A stretch of DNA of 64,000 nucleotides from Octopus sinensis (Eukaryota), in NCBI RefSeq assembly GCF_006345805.1, contig NC_042997.1:206646001-206710000 (forward strand). Reading direction: 5' to 3'. The first letter of the stretch is position 1, and every line of letters begins with the position of its first letter. The notes below the pieces were generated by a model. It saw nothing but the letters and a program-made list of their open reading frames with translations. It was not told the DNA's origin and did no database searches. This document shows positions 36,542-50,109 of the stretch, one piece after another. Made by a program: the position numbers and the translations under genes.

Positions 36542-39390
36542 CGGGGGCGTAGGTATACTTTTTGCAGGAAAATGGTTAGATAAGGTAACTGAGGTAGTCA
36601 GAGGATGTGACAGAATACTTAAGATCAGATTAGTGCTTCATCATAGGTTAGCAACCATTATCTCAGCCTTTACTCCTCAGCCACGGCTACCCGATGGACA
36701 GAAAGACCGATTCTATGACACCTTCTTACAGATTACCACATTAACGAATGACAGGGACCTTCTCTTTGTGGCTGGTGACTTCAATGGACATGTTGGACAA
36801 CATGCCAGGGGCTTCCATGGCATACATGGACGCTACGGTTTTGGCTCTTGCAATGAGGAGGGAACCAGACTGCTGGAGTTCTGTGATGCAAATGATCTTA
36901 TGGTTTGCAATACTTATTTCAGAAAAACCTGCAAGTCACCTAGTCACCTACTGTTCTGGCAGTATTGACTATATCCTCACCAGTAAAAGAGAAAGATGGC
37001 TGCTTATAATTGCCAAAACATTCCCAGGCGAAGAATGCACCCCACAACATAGACTGGTAGTTAGTGACTTCAGGATCAGGGCTAAATGGATGCCCAGAAG
37101 ATGACCTGCATGGAGGAGAAGGGTCTGGAAGCTTAAAGATCCTGGAATGGACAGAGATTTAGAGACATATTACTTGAAGCCTTTGACGAAATAGAAGGGG
37201 ATATAGCTTCACACGATGTAGAAGACAACTGGAGGATTCTACGGGACAACCTGCTGAGGGCCAATGACCAGATGTGTGGATGGTGCAAAGTCCCATCTTG
37301 AGCCACAATAAACTTGTGGTGGAACAATGTTGTTGACAGGGCTATCAGAGAAAAGAAACAGGCTCTGAAGGACTGAAAGAACGGAGGTAGCAGGGAATTG
37401 CATCAGACTGCCAGAAGGGAAGCAGATAAGAAAAAGGTATCTCGTGTTGCAAAACAATGTGTGAGAGTGAATCGTGATGTAGGGGAGAAATGTGTTCGCA
37501 TGAATGATGGTTCACTTGCACTAAACGAGGCTGCAAAGAGAGAAATTTGGAGATACCACTACAAAAGGTTACTCAATAAAGAGAATGAATGAGAAAAAGA
37601 GAGTCTGCTGAATGTCGACCCCACAGAGGGATAAGCTATTGGGAGATAAAGCGATTAAGGGTCTGAAGACCAGCTATCCATGTTGACAGTACCTTGGTAG
37701 ATAAAGCAATTAAGACAGGGAAAGCCCCCGGTCCATGAGGAAGAGATACTCAAAATATCTGGCAGTGTCGGCTATAGCCTAGTCACCCGTATAGTTAACC
37801 AGGTGATACACGAAGGAGTCATACCCAATGACTGGTGTAGCAGCACTATAGTCAACTGCTACAAAAGAAATGGTGACGCATTAGATACAAATAATTAATG
37901 AGGTATCAAGTTGTTAGATTAATTAATGAAGGTCATGGAGAGGGTCAGTTTAGATGAAATGCCGTTTGGGTTCATGCCAGGGAAAAGTACCACTGATACT
38001 ATATTTCTGGTAAGAAAGCTGCAAGAGAAATACCTAGCCAAAGATAAACCTCTGTACCTGGCTTTTGTTGACATGGAGAAAACCTTTGACAGGGTCCCAC
38101 AATCCCTTATCTGGTGGTCAATGAGGAAACTAGGGATAGATGAATGGTTAGTAAGAGCTGTGCGAGCCATGTACAGGGATGCTATCAGTAAGGTGAGGGT
38201 TGGCAACAAGTACAGTGAAGAATTCCGGGTAGAGGTAGGAGTCCACCAAGGTTCAGTCATTAGCCCCCTCCTATTTATCATAGTCCTCCAGGCAATAACA
38301 GAGGAATTCAAGACAAGATGTCCCTGGGAGCTCCTCTATCCTGACGACCTTGCTCTAATTGCTGAGTCACAATCAGAAATTGAGGAGAAGTTTCAGGTGT
38401 GGAAACAAGGTTTAGAATCAAAGGGCCTCAGAGTCAACCTAGCTAAAACCAAAGTCCTAATAAGTAGGAAGGTAGACAAACCACAAATCCCTTCAGGTAG
38501 ATGGCCCTGCTCGATCTGTAGAAAATGCGTAATTAGAAACTCTATAAGATGTACCCAGTGTAAGCTATGGACACAAAAGGGGTGCAGTAATATCAGAGGA
38601 AGACTAACTGGGAGGATAGTTTTTGTATGTGGCAGATGCTCAGGAGCAATAAACACTGAAAATGCACAGAGAGCAACTTCTGCCACATTCCAGGGAGAAA
38701 AACTAGAAGTAGTTGAGAGTTTCCGTTATCTAAGTGACCAAGTCAGTAGCGAAGAAAGGTGCGCTGAAAGTGTAGCTGCTAGAATAAGAATAGCTTGGGC
38801 AAAGTTCAGAGAGCTCTTACCTCTGCTGGCGACAAAGGGCCTCTCGCTCAGAGTAAAAGTTAGACTGTATGACACATGTATGAACAGCCATGCTACATGG
38901 CAGTGAAACAAGGGCTGTGACTGCTGAGGATATGCATAGGCTCGCAAGGAATGAAGCCAGTATGCTCCAATGGATGTGTAATATCAGTGTTCATACTCAA
39001 CAGAGTGTAAGTACCCTGAGTGAAAAGTTGGACCTAAGAAGCATCAGATTGGGGTGCAAGAGAGACGGCTGTGCTGGTATGGACATGTGGCGAGAATGGA
39101 TGAAGATAACTGTGTGAAAAAGTTCCACAACCTAGCGACTGAGGGAACCTGTGGAAGAGGTAGACCCAGGAAGACCTGGGATGAAGTGGTGAAGCCCGAC
39201 CTTCGAACATTAGGCCTCACTGAGGAAATGACTTGTGACCGAGACTTTTGGAAATATGGTGTGCATGAGAAGACCCGGCAGGACAAGTGAGACCATAACC
39301 TCGTATCCTATGCCAGGGGTGTAACCAGCCCACTTATACGTACCTTTCCTTCATTGGCCACTAAACTGTGCTTGTGAAGACCTGTTGAGG
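36542..39390 (+). mobile_element. RTE LINE (APE through C-terminus), decayed, 5' end in the gap
   Basis: VAGDFNGHVG; 326-aa RT ORF 37926-38906 with PHD; GRGRPRKTW. Confidence 0.92.
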
Positions 39391-40293
39391 CTCAAGAAGA
39401 CCTCTCCTCCACAGCAGAAGTGTATCAACTTTATGCTTAGAGAAAATAGGAAGTGTTTAACATTTTGAGCCTACTCTTTGACAGAAAGAATAGAAGAAGA
39501 GAGAGAGAATAGAAGAAACGTGTGTCAGAGTGTGACTACAAGCTGAAATGATGGGAGGAGGAGGAAGAGGTTGCTGAAGGGTGTCAGTGGCTCTGGCAAC
39601 CTAGGGAGACATCTATGAGTGCTGACTTGAGGTACGAGTGACAAGGGAGACAACTATGAACCTGGCATGTAGGTGAGCATACGTGTGTATGAGACTAATG
39701 CGTACATATATATACTCTATGAATTTGTGCATGTGTATGAGTATCTATGCATGTGTGTATGTATGTCCATGCTTTCGGTTTATGTGTGTGTGTGTGTTCA
39801 TGTGTGTGTGTGTGTTCATGTGTATGTATATGAAGCTAATGCACACTATCTTGTGTGAGTGTGTGTGTCTGTCCACCATAATTTAATGTTCATGGTTGGG
39901 TGTCCTTTTTGTAGCCAAGTGTCACATGTTTCCACATGAGGGAATATTTCCCCATGGTCAGACATGTTTTTCATGGAAAACTGGAAAAGACACAACATCA
40001 CTTGTGTGATGGTGATTTACAACCATCGTGTGCTGTCAACACCTGGCTACTAATCCTAACCCTAACCCTAACCCCACACACACACATGTATGTATAAATG
40101 ATGAGCTTCTTTCAGTTTCTATCAACGAAATCCACTCCCAAGGCTTTGGCCAACCATTGACCTATAACAGAAGACACTTGTCCAAAATGCTGTGAGTGGA
40201 ATTGAACCTGAAACCACAAGGTCAGGAAGCAAGCTTCTCAACCACACTTGGATCTAAAAAGAAACATTAACTATAAAAAATGGTATTACTAAC

Positions 40294-41715
40294 CTTTCTG
40301 CACAATGGCTGCTGCAACCCCACCCCAGTGTTCCAGTCTGCCATTTGCAGCATTAACAATAGCATCTGTGTCCAGAGTCGTGATGTCACCTTCCTTCAAC
40401 ACTATTTCACAGTTCTTATACTTAACATTAACTATTTCATCTGTTTCACTTCCTAAATCTGAATTTAATGATATTATGCTCTCAGATTGCTTCTGCATTT
40501 CACATAAGAAATTGTTTCCTTCTTCACTTTTCTGGGTTTCTTGAGATTTAAACGATTCAACATTTCTGGAATTTCTTGTAACTCTTTCCATTCCCCTAAT
40601 TTGCTCTTGTGTTCTTTCCAGGTGTAACACATTCTTCAATTTATTTTTTTCCCTGAATCCATCGATTCCTTGCTTAAAGTTATCAATTTTGTTTTTTATA
40701 TCATTAACTACAGCATCAACAGCAACAATAGAATTTTCTCCAATAAAACAGAAATCTAGAAACTCTTCTTTTACACTTTCAACAAATGTCAGCCACTTTC
40801 CATGATTTGGAGTATCCTTAATTTTGTCTACAAAATCCAGTGTATTGGCAACAAAAGTTTCTTTCATGATTTCTTCCAAAAGTGAAAGATGTGTTTTATC
40901 ACTTGCATAAAGTAATACTGAATCACCATCACCCGTTTCCCATGAACCGATACATTTCTTGTTTCTCAGTTTTACATCAAGATATTCTTTCACTGGTTTT
41001 TTATTTATGATCATTCCAGTATTTAAAGGCAAACACAGTTTCGATCTTACAACTGACTGAAGTATTTTATTCATATCCTTTTGACATTTAGCTATTTTCG
41101 AAGTGTGGCCTTCAAAAATAACTTTGTTACCATAAATTCCGACTTTTAGATCTTCAGATTGTCTTTCTGCCTGCTCACGAAATCTGAGACCAGATAGAAT
41201 ACGTTTTTCGTGAATATTTAAATCATCCTCACATTTCTTTCTAAGATTATCCAAAAGTCTGTTTTTCATTTTAATTACATTACTTTTATCAAATCCCAAA
41301 ATATGAGCTTGGAAATTCCGGTTATCAAAATAAAAATACCTTTGGTCGGCTTCACTGTTAAATGTTCTAACAATGTCCTCAAACATATCAGTTGGAACAT
41401 CAATAGTTTCAATAGTAATGGAATTTAATAAATCTTCCAAACATTTTTCAATTTCCTCAAAATTTTCTTCAGAATATTTTAATTTCAGTTTATTAAACTT
41501 GGAATCTTTCCAAATTACTTCAGCCCATTTCTTTAATTGGTCATTAACTTTGATTTTATGTTTCTGTAAGAAAGTCAGATGGAACTGGGAAGGTAGTAAA
41601 TAGTCATGGACTTGCTGGCTTGAAATGGTATTTTCTTCAGATGGTTCCCAGAACGGTTGAACATCTAACTCCACATCTTCCAATTGATGTCGTCTTCTAC
41701 AAACGTCCAGCACAA
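40294..41715 (-). CDS. PARP14: PARP14-like gene, 1422-bp exon: end of RRM, KH-like region and N-terminal part of macrodomain 1
   Basis: Lies within the 509-aa stop-free ORF 40289-41818. Pyrimidine tract plus ataatttag| acceptor (41716-41717) and |gttagt donor (40292-40293); phase 1-1. Ends in the macrodomain signature IVLKEGDITTLDTDAIVNAANGRLEHWGGVAAAIVQK. Confidence 0.9.
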
Positions 41716-41921
41716 CTAAATTATGAAAAAGTAAAAAGATAAAATCATTTCGTTGGTGAGGGATTAGGGGTGAGCTGGGGAGTTCAGTGGGTAAAGACAG
41801 AAAAGTATTTGAAGACAAAGTTATATGTTATTATTATAATACATTAGCAAACAGGAAAATATAATCAACATTTAACTGATACTAAGTAAACACTATCTCT
41901 ATTAATTATAATAAATACTAG

Positions 41922-42398
41922 AAACATCACTGGAATTTTGGTTTCAAATTTTGGCACAAGGCCAGATATTTCAGGAGAGTGGCTAAGTCAATTACATCAA
42001 CCCCAGTGCTCAACTGGTACTTATTTTATTGACCATAAACATCACTGGAATTTTGGTTTCAAATTTTGGCACAAGGCCAGCAATTTCAGGAGAGTGGCTA
42101 AGTCAATTACATCAACCCCAGTGATCAACTGGTACTTATTTTATTGACCATAAACATCACTGGAATTTTGGTTTCAAATTTTGGCACAAGGCCAGCAATT
42201 TCAGGAGAGTGGCTAAGTCAATTACATCAACCCCAGTGCACAACTGGTACTTATTTTATTGACCATAAACACCACTGGAATTTTGGTTTCAAATTTTGGC
42301 ACAAGGCCAGCAATTTCAGGAGAGTGTCTAAGTCAATTACATCAACCCCAGTGCTCAACTGGTACTTATTTTATTGACCATAAACATCAATGGAATTT
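41922..42398. repeat. 115-bp tandem repeat (4 copies plus a partial) built from a SINE 3' segment
   Basis: aaacatcactggaatttt anchor at 41922, 42037, 42152, 42267 and 42382; unit contains aggccagcaatttc...caactggtacttatttt shared with the SINE at 24660. Confidence 0.93.
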
Positions 42399-42975
42399 CT
42401 CATATCAAGATTAACAGCACATGACCTTGTAGGTTTCCAGATGTGACTTATTCAGAGATGCAAATATCATTAGCCACTAGAGGACATTCTCAATTGTTTT
42501 AGGTCGAACAACCGACAAAGAAATCTATGATATTAATCAGAATATTTGCTGCAGCCCATCTTTTATACCAAAAGAAAACAACGTATTTGTTAACACTTCC
42601 AATCAAATAAGATCAATAGCCTCAAGAGCCATTACTTGATTATTATCATTATTGTTGTTGTTGTTAAGGTTATTTTTATTGTTATTTTCAATTTTATTAT
42701 TATTATTATTGTTGCTTTTATTTTCATTGTCGTTGTTGTTATTATTATTATTATTTCCATCATCATCTTTCAGTTTTGTTTTCATTTCTAAGTGCCTTCC
42801 TGACACTTAGAGCAGAGAAACACACAGTATACATTGGTAGGCAATTAAAATAAACACGCTAACTCATTCATTTACAAAGTCATATGATAGAGAAAAAGGA
42901 GAAGAAAGACAGAGAAAAAATAAAAAAATACAAAAAGTAAACAAATAAAATAAAGGGGAAAAAAGGAAAGAAAAT

Positions 42976-44620
42976 TCACAGCAATGATGCTCTTCTCAAT
43001 ACGTGTGACCAGTTACCAGTTAAGACAATCTTTAGCACTTCCTGCCTGGATGGTAATTCAGGGATCGTTCTTAAATAATTTTCAGTTCCTTTTTTGATCA
43101 TTCCAAGTGCTCCTACAATCACTGGTATTGTAAGTGTCTTGAGATGCCACATCTTTTTTATTTTGATTACCAAATCTTTATGGAAATATTAATATTCCTA
43201 AAGGAGACTACGGCAGCTGTGCTGGATATTAATAGTTATCGCGAAGCTAATATGGCAGTCCAGAAAAATAGGACGAATGCTGCCATTGATTAGCTCCAAG
43301 AGGCCATCGCCTCTAGCTAGCTATGTGACACAGAAACCTGTGTCTATTATAACCTTCAAACAGGGGAGGTCTGCTGCTTCCCCTTGCTGGTCTGCCATCT
43401 ACAGACTAGTTTCAGGGTATTTGCCCCTTATCAATGAAGAGCAGCCGAACCAGGCAGGTGTCGCTAATCAAGGCTTCTTGGAGCTAATCAATGGTAACAT
43501 TCGTCATATTTTTCTGGACTGCCATATTAGCTTGGCGATAACTATTGATATCCACTACCGCTGACATAGTCTCCTTTAGAGAGACTTAGGAATATTAATA
43601 TTTCTATTTTTGAAAACCAGTGGATGTATTCCGCTGAATTTAGGTAAATAATCCTTCGAACAGATGGTCAGTAGCGACATCTGCCTGGTTCAGCTGCTCT
43701 AAATTGATAAGGGGCAAATACCCTGAAACTAGTCAGTAGATGCCAGACTGGTAACAGAAAGCAGCTGACCTCCCCTGTTCGAAGGTTATAATGGACACTA
43801 ATTTGTGTGTCACATAGCTAGCTAGAGGTGATGGCCTCTTGAAGCTAATCAAAGCTTTATATTTTCTGAGTTTATCAAATTCTTTTGCCGAGATATCATA
43901 GACACAAAATACGCTCACATCAATCAATAAACAGACTTTATTGTTTTGGTCTTTCACAACAATTTCTGGTTTATTTGCCTCGATGGTCACATCTGTACAT
44001 ACTGGGAAGTCCCAAAGAATCGTTACATTTTCTCCCTCTCTAACAGCCCCAGGGTGGTGCTTGTACCATTTATCAGCACTTTTCATTTTATAATGCCAAC
44101 ACATTATCTGCAATACCTTGATTTATACTATATAGGTGCTAAAACCTTACATCCAGAGAGTAGGTGGTCCACTATTTCTATATCATTGTTGCAGTATCAG
44201 CACTTTGGGTCTGCTCCATTTTTCATCACATTGGCTTGACAGTCCCAGGACAATAAGTTCTGATCTTGGGTAGCCAAGATAAAGCCTTCTCTCTCTCTGC
44301 CTTTAAGCTCTGAGCTCCCTAGACACTGATGGCTGTGCTTCTGGTCTACATCAGCTTGTTTGCTACGGGCCACATATTTGCCATGCAGAGGATTTTCTTC
44401 CCACCCATCATCCAATTGTTCAAGTGCATTTTGCTTTGCTGTTCATTTCACCTTCTTTGCAACTACAGTTGCTGCACATCTCTCATGCAGTTCAACCAGG
44501 GTATTATGTATAAACTCGCTTGAAAAAGTTTTTACTCTCCTTCATAATAGAATATAGCTTCTTTTGTCTTTCGGGGTTTCAACCAGCTTCAGCATCTAGT
44601 TGTTAGATGTTTCAAGATGA
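42976..44620 (-). mobile_element. R4/Dong-like RLE LINE 3' fragment, interrupted at 43182-43854
   Basis: NPLHGKY; ILWDFPVCTD...KPEIVV...LIDVSV; KMWHLKTLTIPVIVGALG. Confidence 0.85.
43183..43604. mobile_element. MITE with ~130-bp imperfect TIRs, followed by an inverted copy of its interior (~43660-43854)
   Basis: gaaatattaatattcctaa...ggcagtccagaaaaata...gattagctccaagaggcc is mirrored at 43475-43604. Confidence 0.8.
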
Positions 44621-45019
44621 TTCACCAATCATTATTATTATTATGATTATTATTAAGGCGGTGAGCTGTCAGAATCATTAGCACACTGAGCAAAATGCTT
44701 AGCAGTGTTTCATCTGTCACTAAGTTCTGAGTTCAAATTCCATTGAGGTTGACTTTGCCTTTCATCCTTTTGGGGTTGATAAATTAAGTAACAGTGAAAC
44801 ACTGGGATAAATGTAAGTGACTAGTAATCCCCCCCTTCCAAACGTGATCTCCCTTCTAGCAAAATTCTAAATTATTTTTCTTATTATTATTATTAAGTGG
44901 GCGAGCTACAACTGTTAATTTTTATGTTCTGGGTTTAAATTCCACTGTGGTTGAATTTGCCTTTCATCCTTTCAGGGTTCATTTTGTACACCATTATGAC
45001 AAATGTGGTTGCAGTCATC

Positions 45020-48000
45020 CTCATCGTCGTCATTGTTGTCGTCGTCGTCATCATCATCGTTTAACGTCCGCTTTCCATGCTAGCATGGGTTGGATGATTT
45101 GACTGAGGACTGGCGAACCAAATGGTTGCAACAGGCTCCAATTTGGTTTGGCAATAATTCAATAGCTGGATGCCCTTCCTAATACCGACCACTCAGAGAG
45201 TGTGGTGGATGCATTTATGTGCAACTGGTATGAGGGCCTGTCAGGTGTTACTGGCAACAGTCTCGCTCAAATGGTGTTTTTTATGTCCAATGAAGGAAAG
45301 GTATGCATAAGAGGGCAGGTTACACCACTGGCATAAGCCACAGTTTATGGTCACATTTGGCTTGACAGGTCTTTTCAAGTACAGCATATTTCTAAAGGTC
45401 TTGGTCACTAGTCATTGCCTTGGTGAGGCCTAATTTTCGAAGGTCATGCTTCACCACCTCATCCCAGGTCTTCCTGGGTCTACCTCTTCAACAGGTTCCC
45501 TCAACTGCTAGGGTGTGGCACTTTTTCACACAACTATCTTCATCCATTCTCGTCACATGACCATACCAGTGCAATCATCTCTCTTACACACCACAACTGA
45601 TGCTTCTTATGTCAACTTTTCTCTCGGGCACTTACACTCTGTTGAGTATGAACACTGACATTACACATCCATCGGATCATACTTCCTTCAATCCTTGCGA
45701 GCTTACACATGTCCTCAGCAGTTATGGCCCATGTTACACTGCCATGTAGCATGGTTGTTCGTACACAAGTGTCATACAGTCTAACTTTTACTCTGAGTGA
45801 GAGACCCTTTGTTGCCAGCAGAGGTAAGAGCTCTCTGAACTTTGCCCAAGCTATTCTTATTCTAGCAGCTACACTTTCATAGCACCCACCCCCGCAACTG
45901 ACTTGGTCACCTAGGTAACGAAAGCTATCAACTACTTCTAGTTTTTCTTCCTGGAATGTGGCAGAAGTTGCTCTCTGCACATTTTCAGTGTTTATTGCTC
46001 CTGAGCATCTGCCACAAACAAAAGCTATCTTCCCAGTTAGCCTTCCTTTGATATTGCTGCACCTCTTATGTGTCCATAGCTTACACTGGGTACATCTTAT
46101 AGGGTTTCTACATACACCTATTCTACATATCGAGGAGGCCATCTACCTGAAGGGATTTGTGGTTTGCCTGCCTTTCTACTTATTAGGACTTTGGTTTTGG
46201 ATAGGTTAACTCTAAGGCCCTTTGATTCTAATCCTTGTTTCCACACCTGAAACTTCTCCTCTAATTCTGATAGTGACTCAGCAATTAGAGCAAGGTCATC
46301 AGCATAGAGGAGCTCCCAGGGGCATCCTGTCTTGAATTCCTCCGTTATAGCCTGGAGGACTATGATAAATAGGAGGGGGCTGAGGACTGAACCTTGGTGG
46401 ACCCCAACCTCTACCCGGAATTCTTCACTGTACTCATTGCCAACCCTCATCTTACTAACGGCGTCCCTGTACATGGCTTGCACAGCTCTCACTAACCATT
46501 CATCTATCCCTAGTTTCCTCATTGACCACCAGATAAGGATCGGGGGACCCTGTCAAAGGCTTTCTCCATATCAACGAAAGCCAGGTACAGGGGCTTATCT
46601 TTGGCTAGGTATTTCTCCTGAAACTGTCTTACCAGAAATATGGCATCAGTGGTGCTTTTCCCTGGCACGAAACCAAACTGCATCTCATCTCCCTAATCAG
46701 TTGGGCTATGACCCTCTCCGTGACCTTCATTACCTGATCCAACAACTTGATACCTCTGTAATTATTTGTATCTAAAGCATCACCTTTACCTTTGTAGCAG
46801 TTGACTAGTATGCTGCTACACCAGTCATTGGGTATGACTCCTTCGTGTATCACCTGGTTAACTATACGGGTGACTAGGCTATAGCCGATACTACCAGATA
46901 TTTTGAGCATCTCTGCAGTAATTCCTGATGGGCCAGGGGCTTTCCCTGTCTTCATACTTTTAATTGCTTTATCTACTAAAGAACTGTCAACACAGATAGC
47001 TGCTCCCTCTGTTGGGTCGACATTCAGCAGACTCTCTTTATCCCATTCATTCTCTTTATTGAGCAACCTTTCATAGTGGCATCTCCAAACCTCTCTCTTT
47101 GCATCCTCATTTAGTGCAAGTGAACCATCATCCATGCGAACACATTTCTCTCCTACAACATCACAATTCTCTCTCACACACTGTCTTGCAACACAAAATA
47201 CCTCAAGTCTTTTGTCCTCACGGCACAGAACATTGGCAAATTTTTTCTTATCTGCTTCACCTCTGGCTAAATAAACCTGTCTCCTAACTTCTATTCTGGC
47301 AGTCTGATACACTTCCCTGCTACCACTGTTCTTCCAGTTCTTCCAAGCCTGTTTCTTTTCTCTAATAGCCCTGTCAACAAGATTGTTCCACCACCACGTT
47401 ATTTTGGGTCAAGAGGGGACTTTGCACCATCCACAGATCTGGTCAGTGGCCCTCAGCAGGTTGTTCCGTAGAAACCTCCAGTTGTCTTCTACATCGTGTG
47501 AAGCTATATCCCCTTCTATTTCGCCAAAGGCTTCAAGTAATATGTCCCTAAATCTCTGTCCATTCACAGGATCTTTAAGCTTCCAGACCCTTCTCCTCTA
47601 TGCTGGTCATCTTCTGGGCATCCACTTAGCCCTGATCCTCAAGTCACTAACTACCAGTCTATGTTGTGGGGTACATTCTTCACCAGGGAAGGTTTTGGCA
47701 TTTATAAGCAGCCATCTTTCCCTTTTCCTGGTAAGGATGTGGTCAATTTGGCTAGTGTGTCCGCCAGAACAATAGGTGACTAGGTGACTGGCAAGTTTTC
47801 TGAGGTTAGTATTGCAAACCATAAGATCATTTGCATCACAGAACTCCAGCAGGCTGGTTCTCTCCTCATTGCGGGAACCAAAACCGTAGCCTCCATGTAT
47901 GTCATGGAAGACCCCAGCATGTTGTCCAACATGTCCATTGAAGTCACCAGCCACAAAGAGAAGGTCCCTGTCATTTGTCAATGAGGTAGTCTGCAAGAGG

Positions 48001-48400
48001 GTATCATAGAATTGGTCTTTCTGTCCATCGGGTTGCTCTGGCTTAGGGGCATAGGCCGATATAATGGTTGCTAACCCATGATGAAGCACTAATGTAATCT
48101 TATGTATTCTGTTGATTACTCTCACTCCCTCTATTAACCTTATCAACCCATTTCCCCACAAGAAGTATACTCATGACCCTGACCCCGTCAGTGTTCCCTG
48201 CCCAGAAAATCTGACGAAAAATAGGGACTTCCGGTACAGATGGATGGGGAGGAAGGGCGGGCATACCGTGAACTAGCAAACATGGATGAGAGCATCTGGA
48301 TACACATTTCTTTGGAGGAGGTAAAAAAATAAATTTTGAGTATGGGAATCCGAGTGCATGTGCTAATTTATATAAGGTGCCATTGGTGGAAGAAGTCTTG
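45020..48400 (-). mobile_element. Near full-length decayed RTE LINE (PHD family)
   Basis: APE ORF 47607-48161, RT ORFs 46629-47312, 46118-46522 and 45612-46142; (ATC)n tail at ~45020-45060. Confidence 0.93.
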
Positions 48401-48419
48401 GCGAAGTAAGTGGTAATCA

Positions 48420-49745
48420 AAAGAGAGACAGAGACAGAGAGAGACAAAGTGAAACCAAGAGAGAGACAGAGTGATGCTGTGAGAGAGACAGAATGAGGCC
48501 GAGGGAGAGACAGAGTGATGCTGTGTGAGAGACAGAATGAGGCCGAGGGAGATACATAGTGAAACCGAGAGACTGACAGAGTGAGGCCAAGAGAGAGAGA
48601 CAGAGAGAAGCCAAGAGAGAGACAGAGTGATGCTGTGAGAGAGACAGAATGAGGCCGAGGGAGATACATAGTGAAACCGAGAAACTGACAGAGTGAGGCC
48701 AAGAGAGAGAGACAGAGAGAAGCCAAGAGAGAGACAGAGTGAAACCGAGAGAGAGACAGAGTGAGGCCAAGAGAGAGACTGAGTGAAGCTGAGAGAGAGA
48801 CAGAGTGAAACCGAGAGAGAGACAGAGTGAGGCCAAGAGAGAGAGACAGAGTGAAACTGAGAGAGAGACAGAGTGAGGCCAAGAGACAGACAGAGTGAAA
48901 GCGAGAGAGAGACAGAGTGCGACAGAGAGAGAGACAGAGTGAAACTGAGAGAGAGACAGAGTGAGACAGAGAGAGAGACAGATTGAAGCCAAGAGTGAGA
49001 CTGAGTGAAGCAGAGAGAGAGACAGAGTGAAGCCAAGAGAGAGAGAAAGTGAAACCAAGAGAGAGACAGAGTGAGGCAAAGATAGAGAAAGAGTGAAACA
49101 GAGAGAGAGAGACAGAGTGAAGCCAAGAGATAGACATATTGAGGCCAAGAGAGAGACAGAGTGAAGCCAAGAGAGAGATAGAGTGAAGCCAAGAGAGAGA
49201 TAGAGAGAGGCCAAGAGATAGACAGAGTGAAAGCGAGAGAGATCAGAGTGAGGCCAAGAGAGAGACAGACTGAGGCCAAGAGAGAGACTGAGTGAAGCTG
49301 AGAGAGAGACAGAGTGAGGCCAACTGAGAGACTGAGTGAAGCTGAGAGAGAGACAGAGTGATGCTGTGAGAGAGACAGAATGAGGCCGAGGGAGATACAT
49401 AATGAAACCGAGAGAGATACAGAGTGAGGCCAAGAGAGAGAGACAGAGAGAAGCCGAGAGAGACAGACTGAGGCCAAGAGAGATACAGAGTGAAGCCGAG
49501 AGAGAGACAGACTGAGGCCAAGAGAGATACAGAGTGAAGCCGAGAGAGAGACAGACTGAGGCCAAGAGAGATACAGAGTGAAGCCGAGAGAGAGACAGAC
49601 TGAGGCCAAGAGAGATACAGAGTGAAGCCGAGAGAGAGACAGACTGAGGCCAAGAGAGAGACAGAGTGAAACCGAGAGAGAGACAGACTGAGGCCAAGAG
49701 AGATAGAGTGAGGCTGAGAGAGACAGAGTGAGGCACAGAGAGAGA
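48420..49745. repeat. GA-rich degenerate minisatellite (~22-bp gagagagacagagtgaggccaa-type unit)
   Basis: Directly visible; source of the S/L-rich ORFs. Confidence 0.95.
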
Positions 49746-50109
49746 GGGGGTAGTGGTCAGAACACGAGGGAGAAAAATATTCTTTTGGGATTTGTGTAGC
49801 ATAGTTTAACGAGACAGCAAATGTTGATAACAGTAAAAATAGACTTGAAAAATCTGAGAGTTTTCGGTCAGCCCATCTAAGACAAAATTAGAGAATAAGT
49901 AACAGTGTGATAAAACTTTAGTAGATGAATGAATGGATATATTGCGGTTAAGGGAAATCCATGAACTAAGGTTATCTTAAGGCAACAAAGAGGTGAATCA
50001 TGATTAAACGAAATAGCAAATGCCATAGGGAAAAGGTGAGTCAAACTTTCACACATAACTTTAGCAAATAGTGACAGAATTCCATTGTGATTAACTGCAT
50101 TTGAAAATT

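Noticed and set aside
40051-40075. (CCCTAA)3 telomere-like repeat
   Set aside because: Too short and embedded in a dispersed repeat; no evidence of a telomeric fusion.
48100-49802. Long S/L-rich ORFs (356-461 aa)
   Set aside because: Translations of a GA/TC minisatellite that lacks stops on the minus strand; no domain content.
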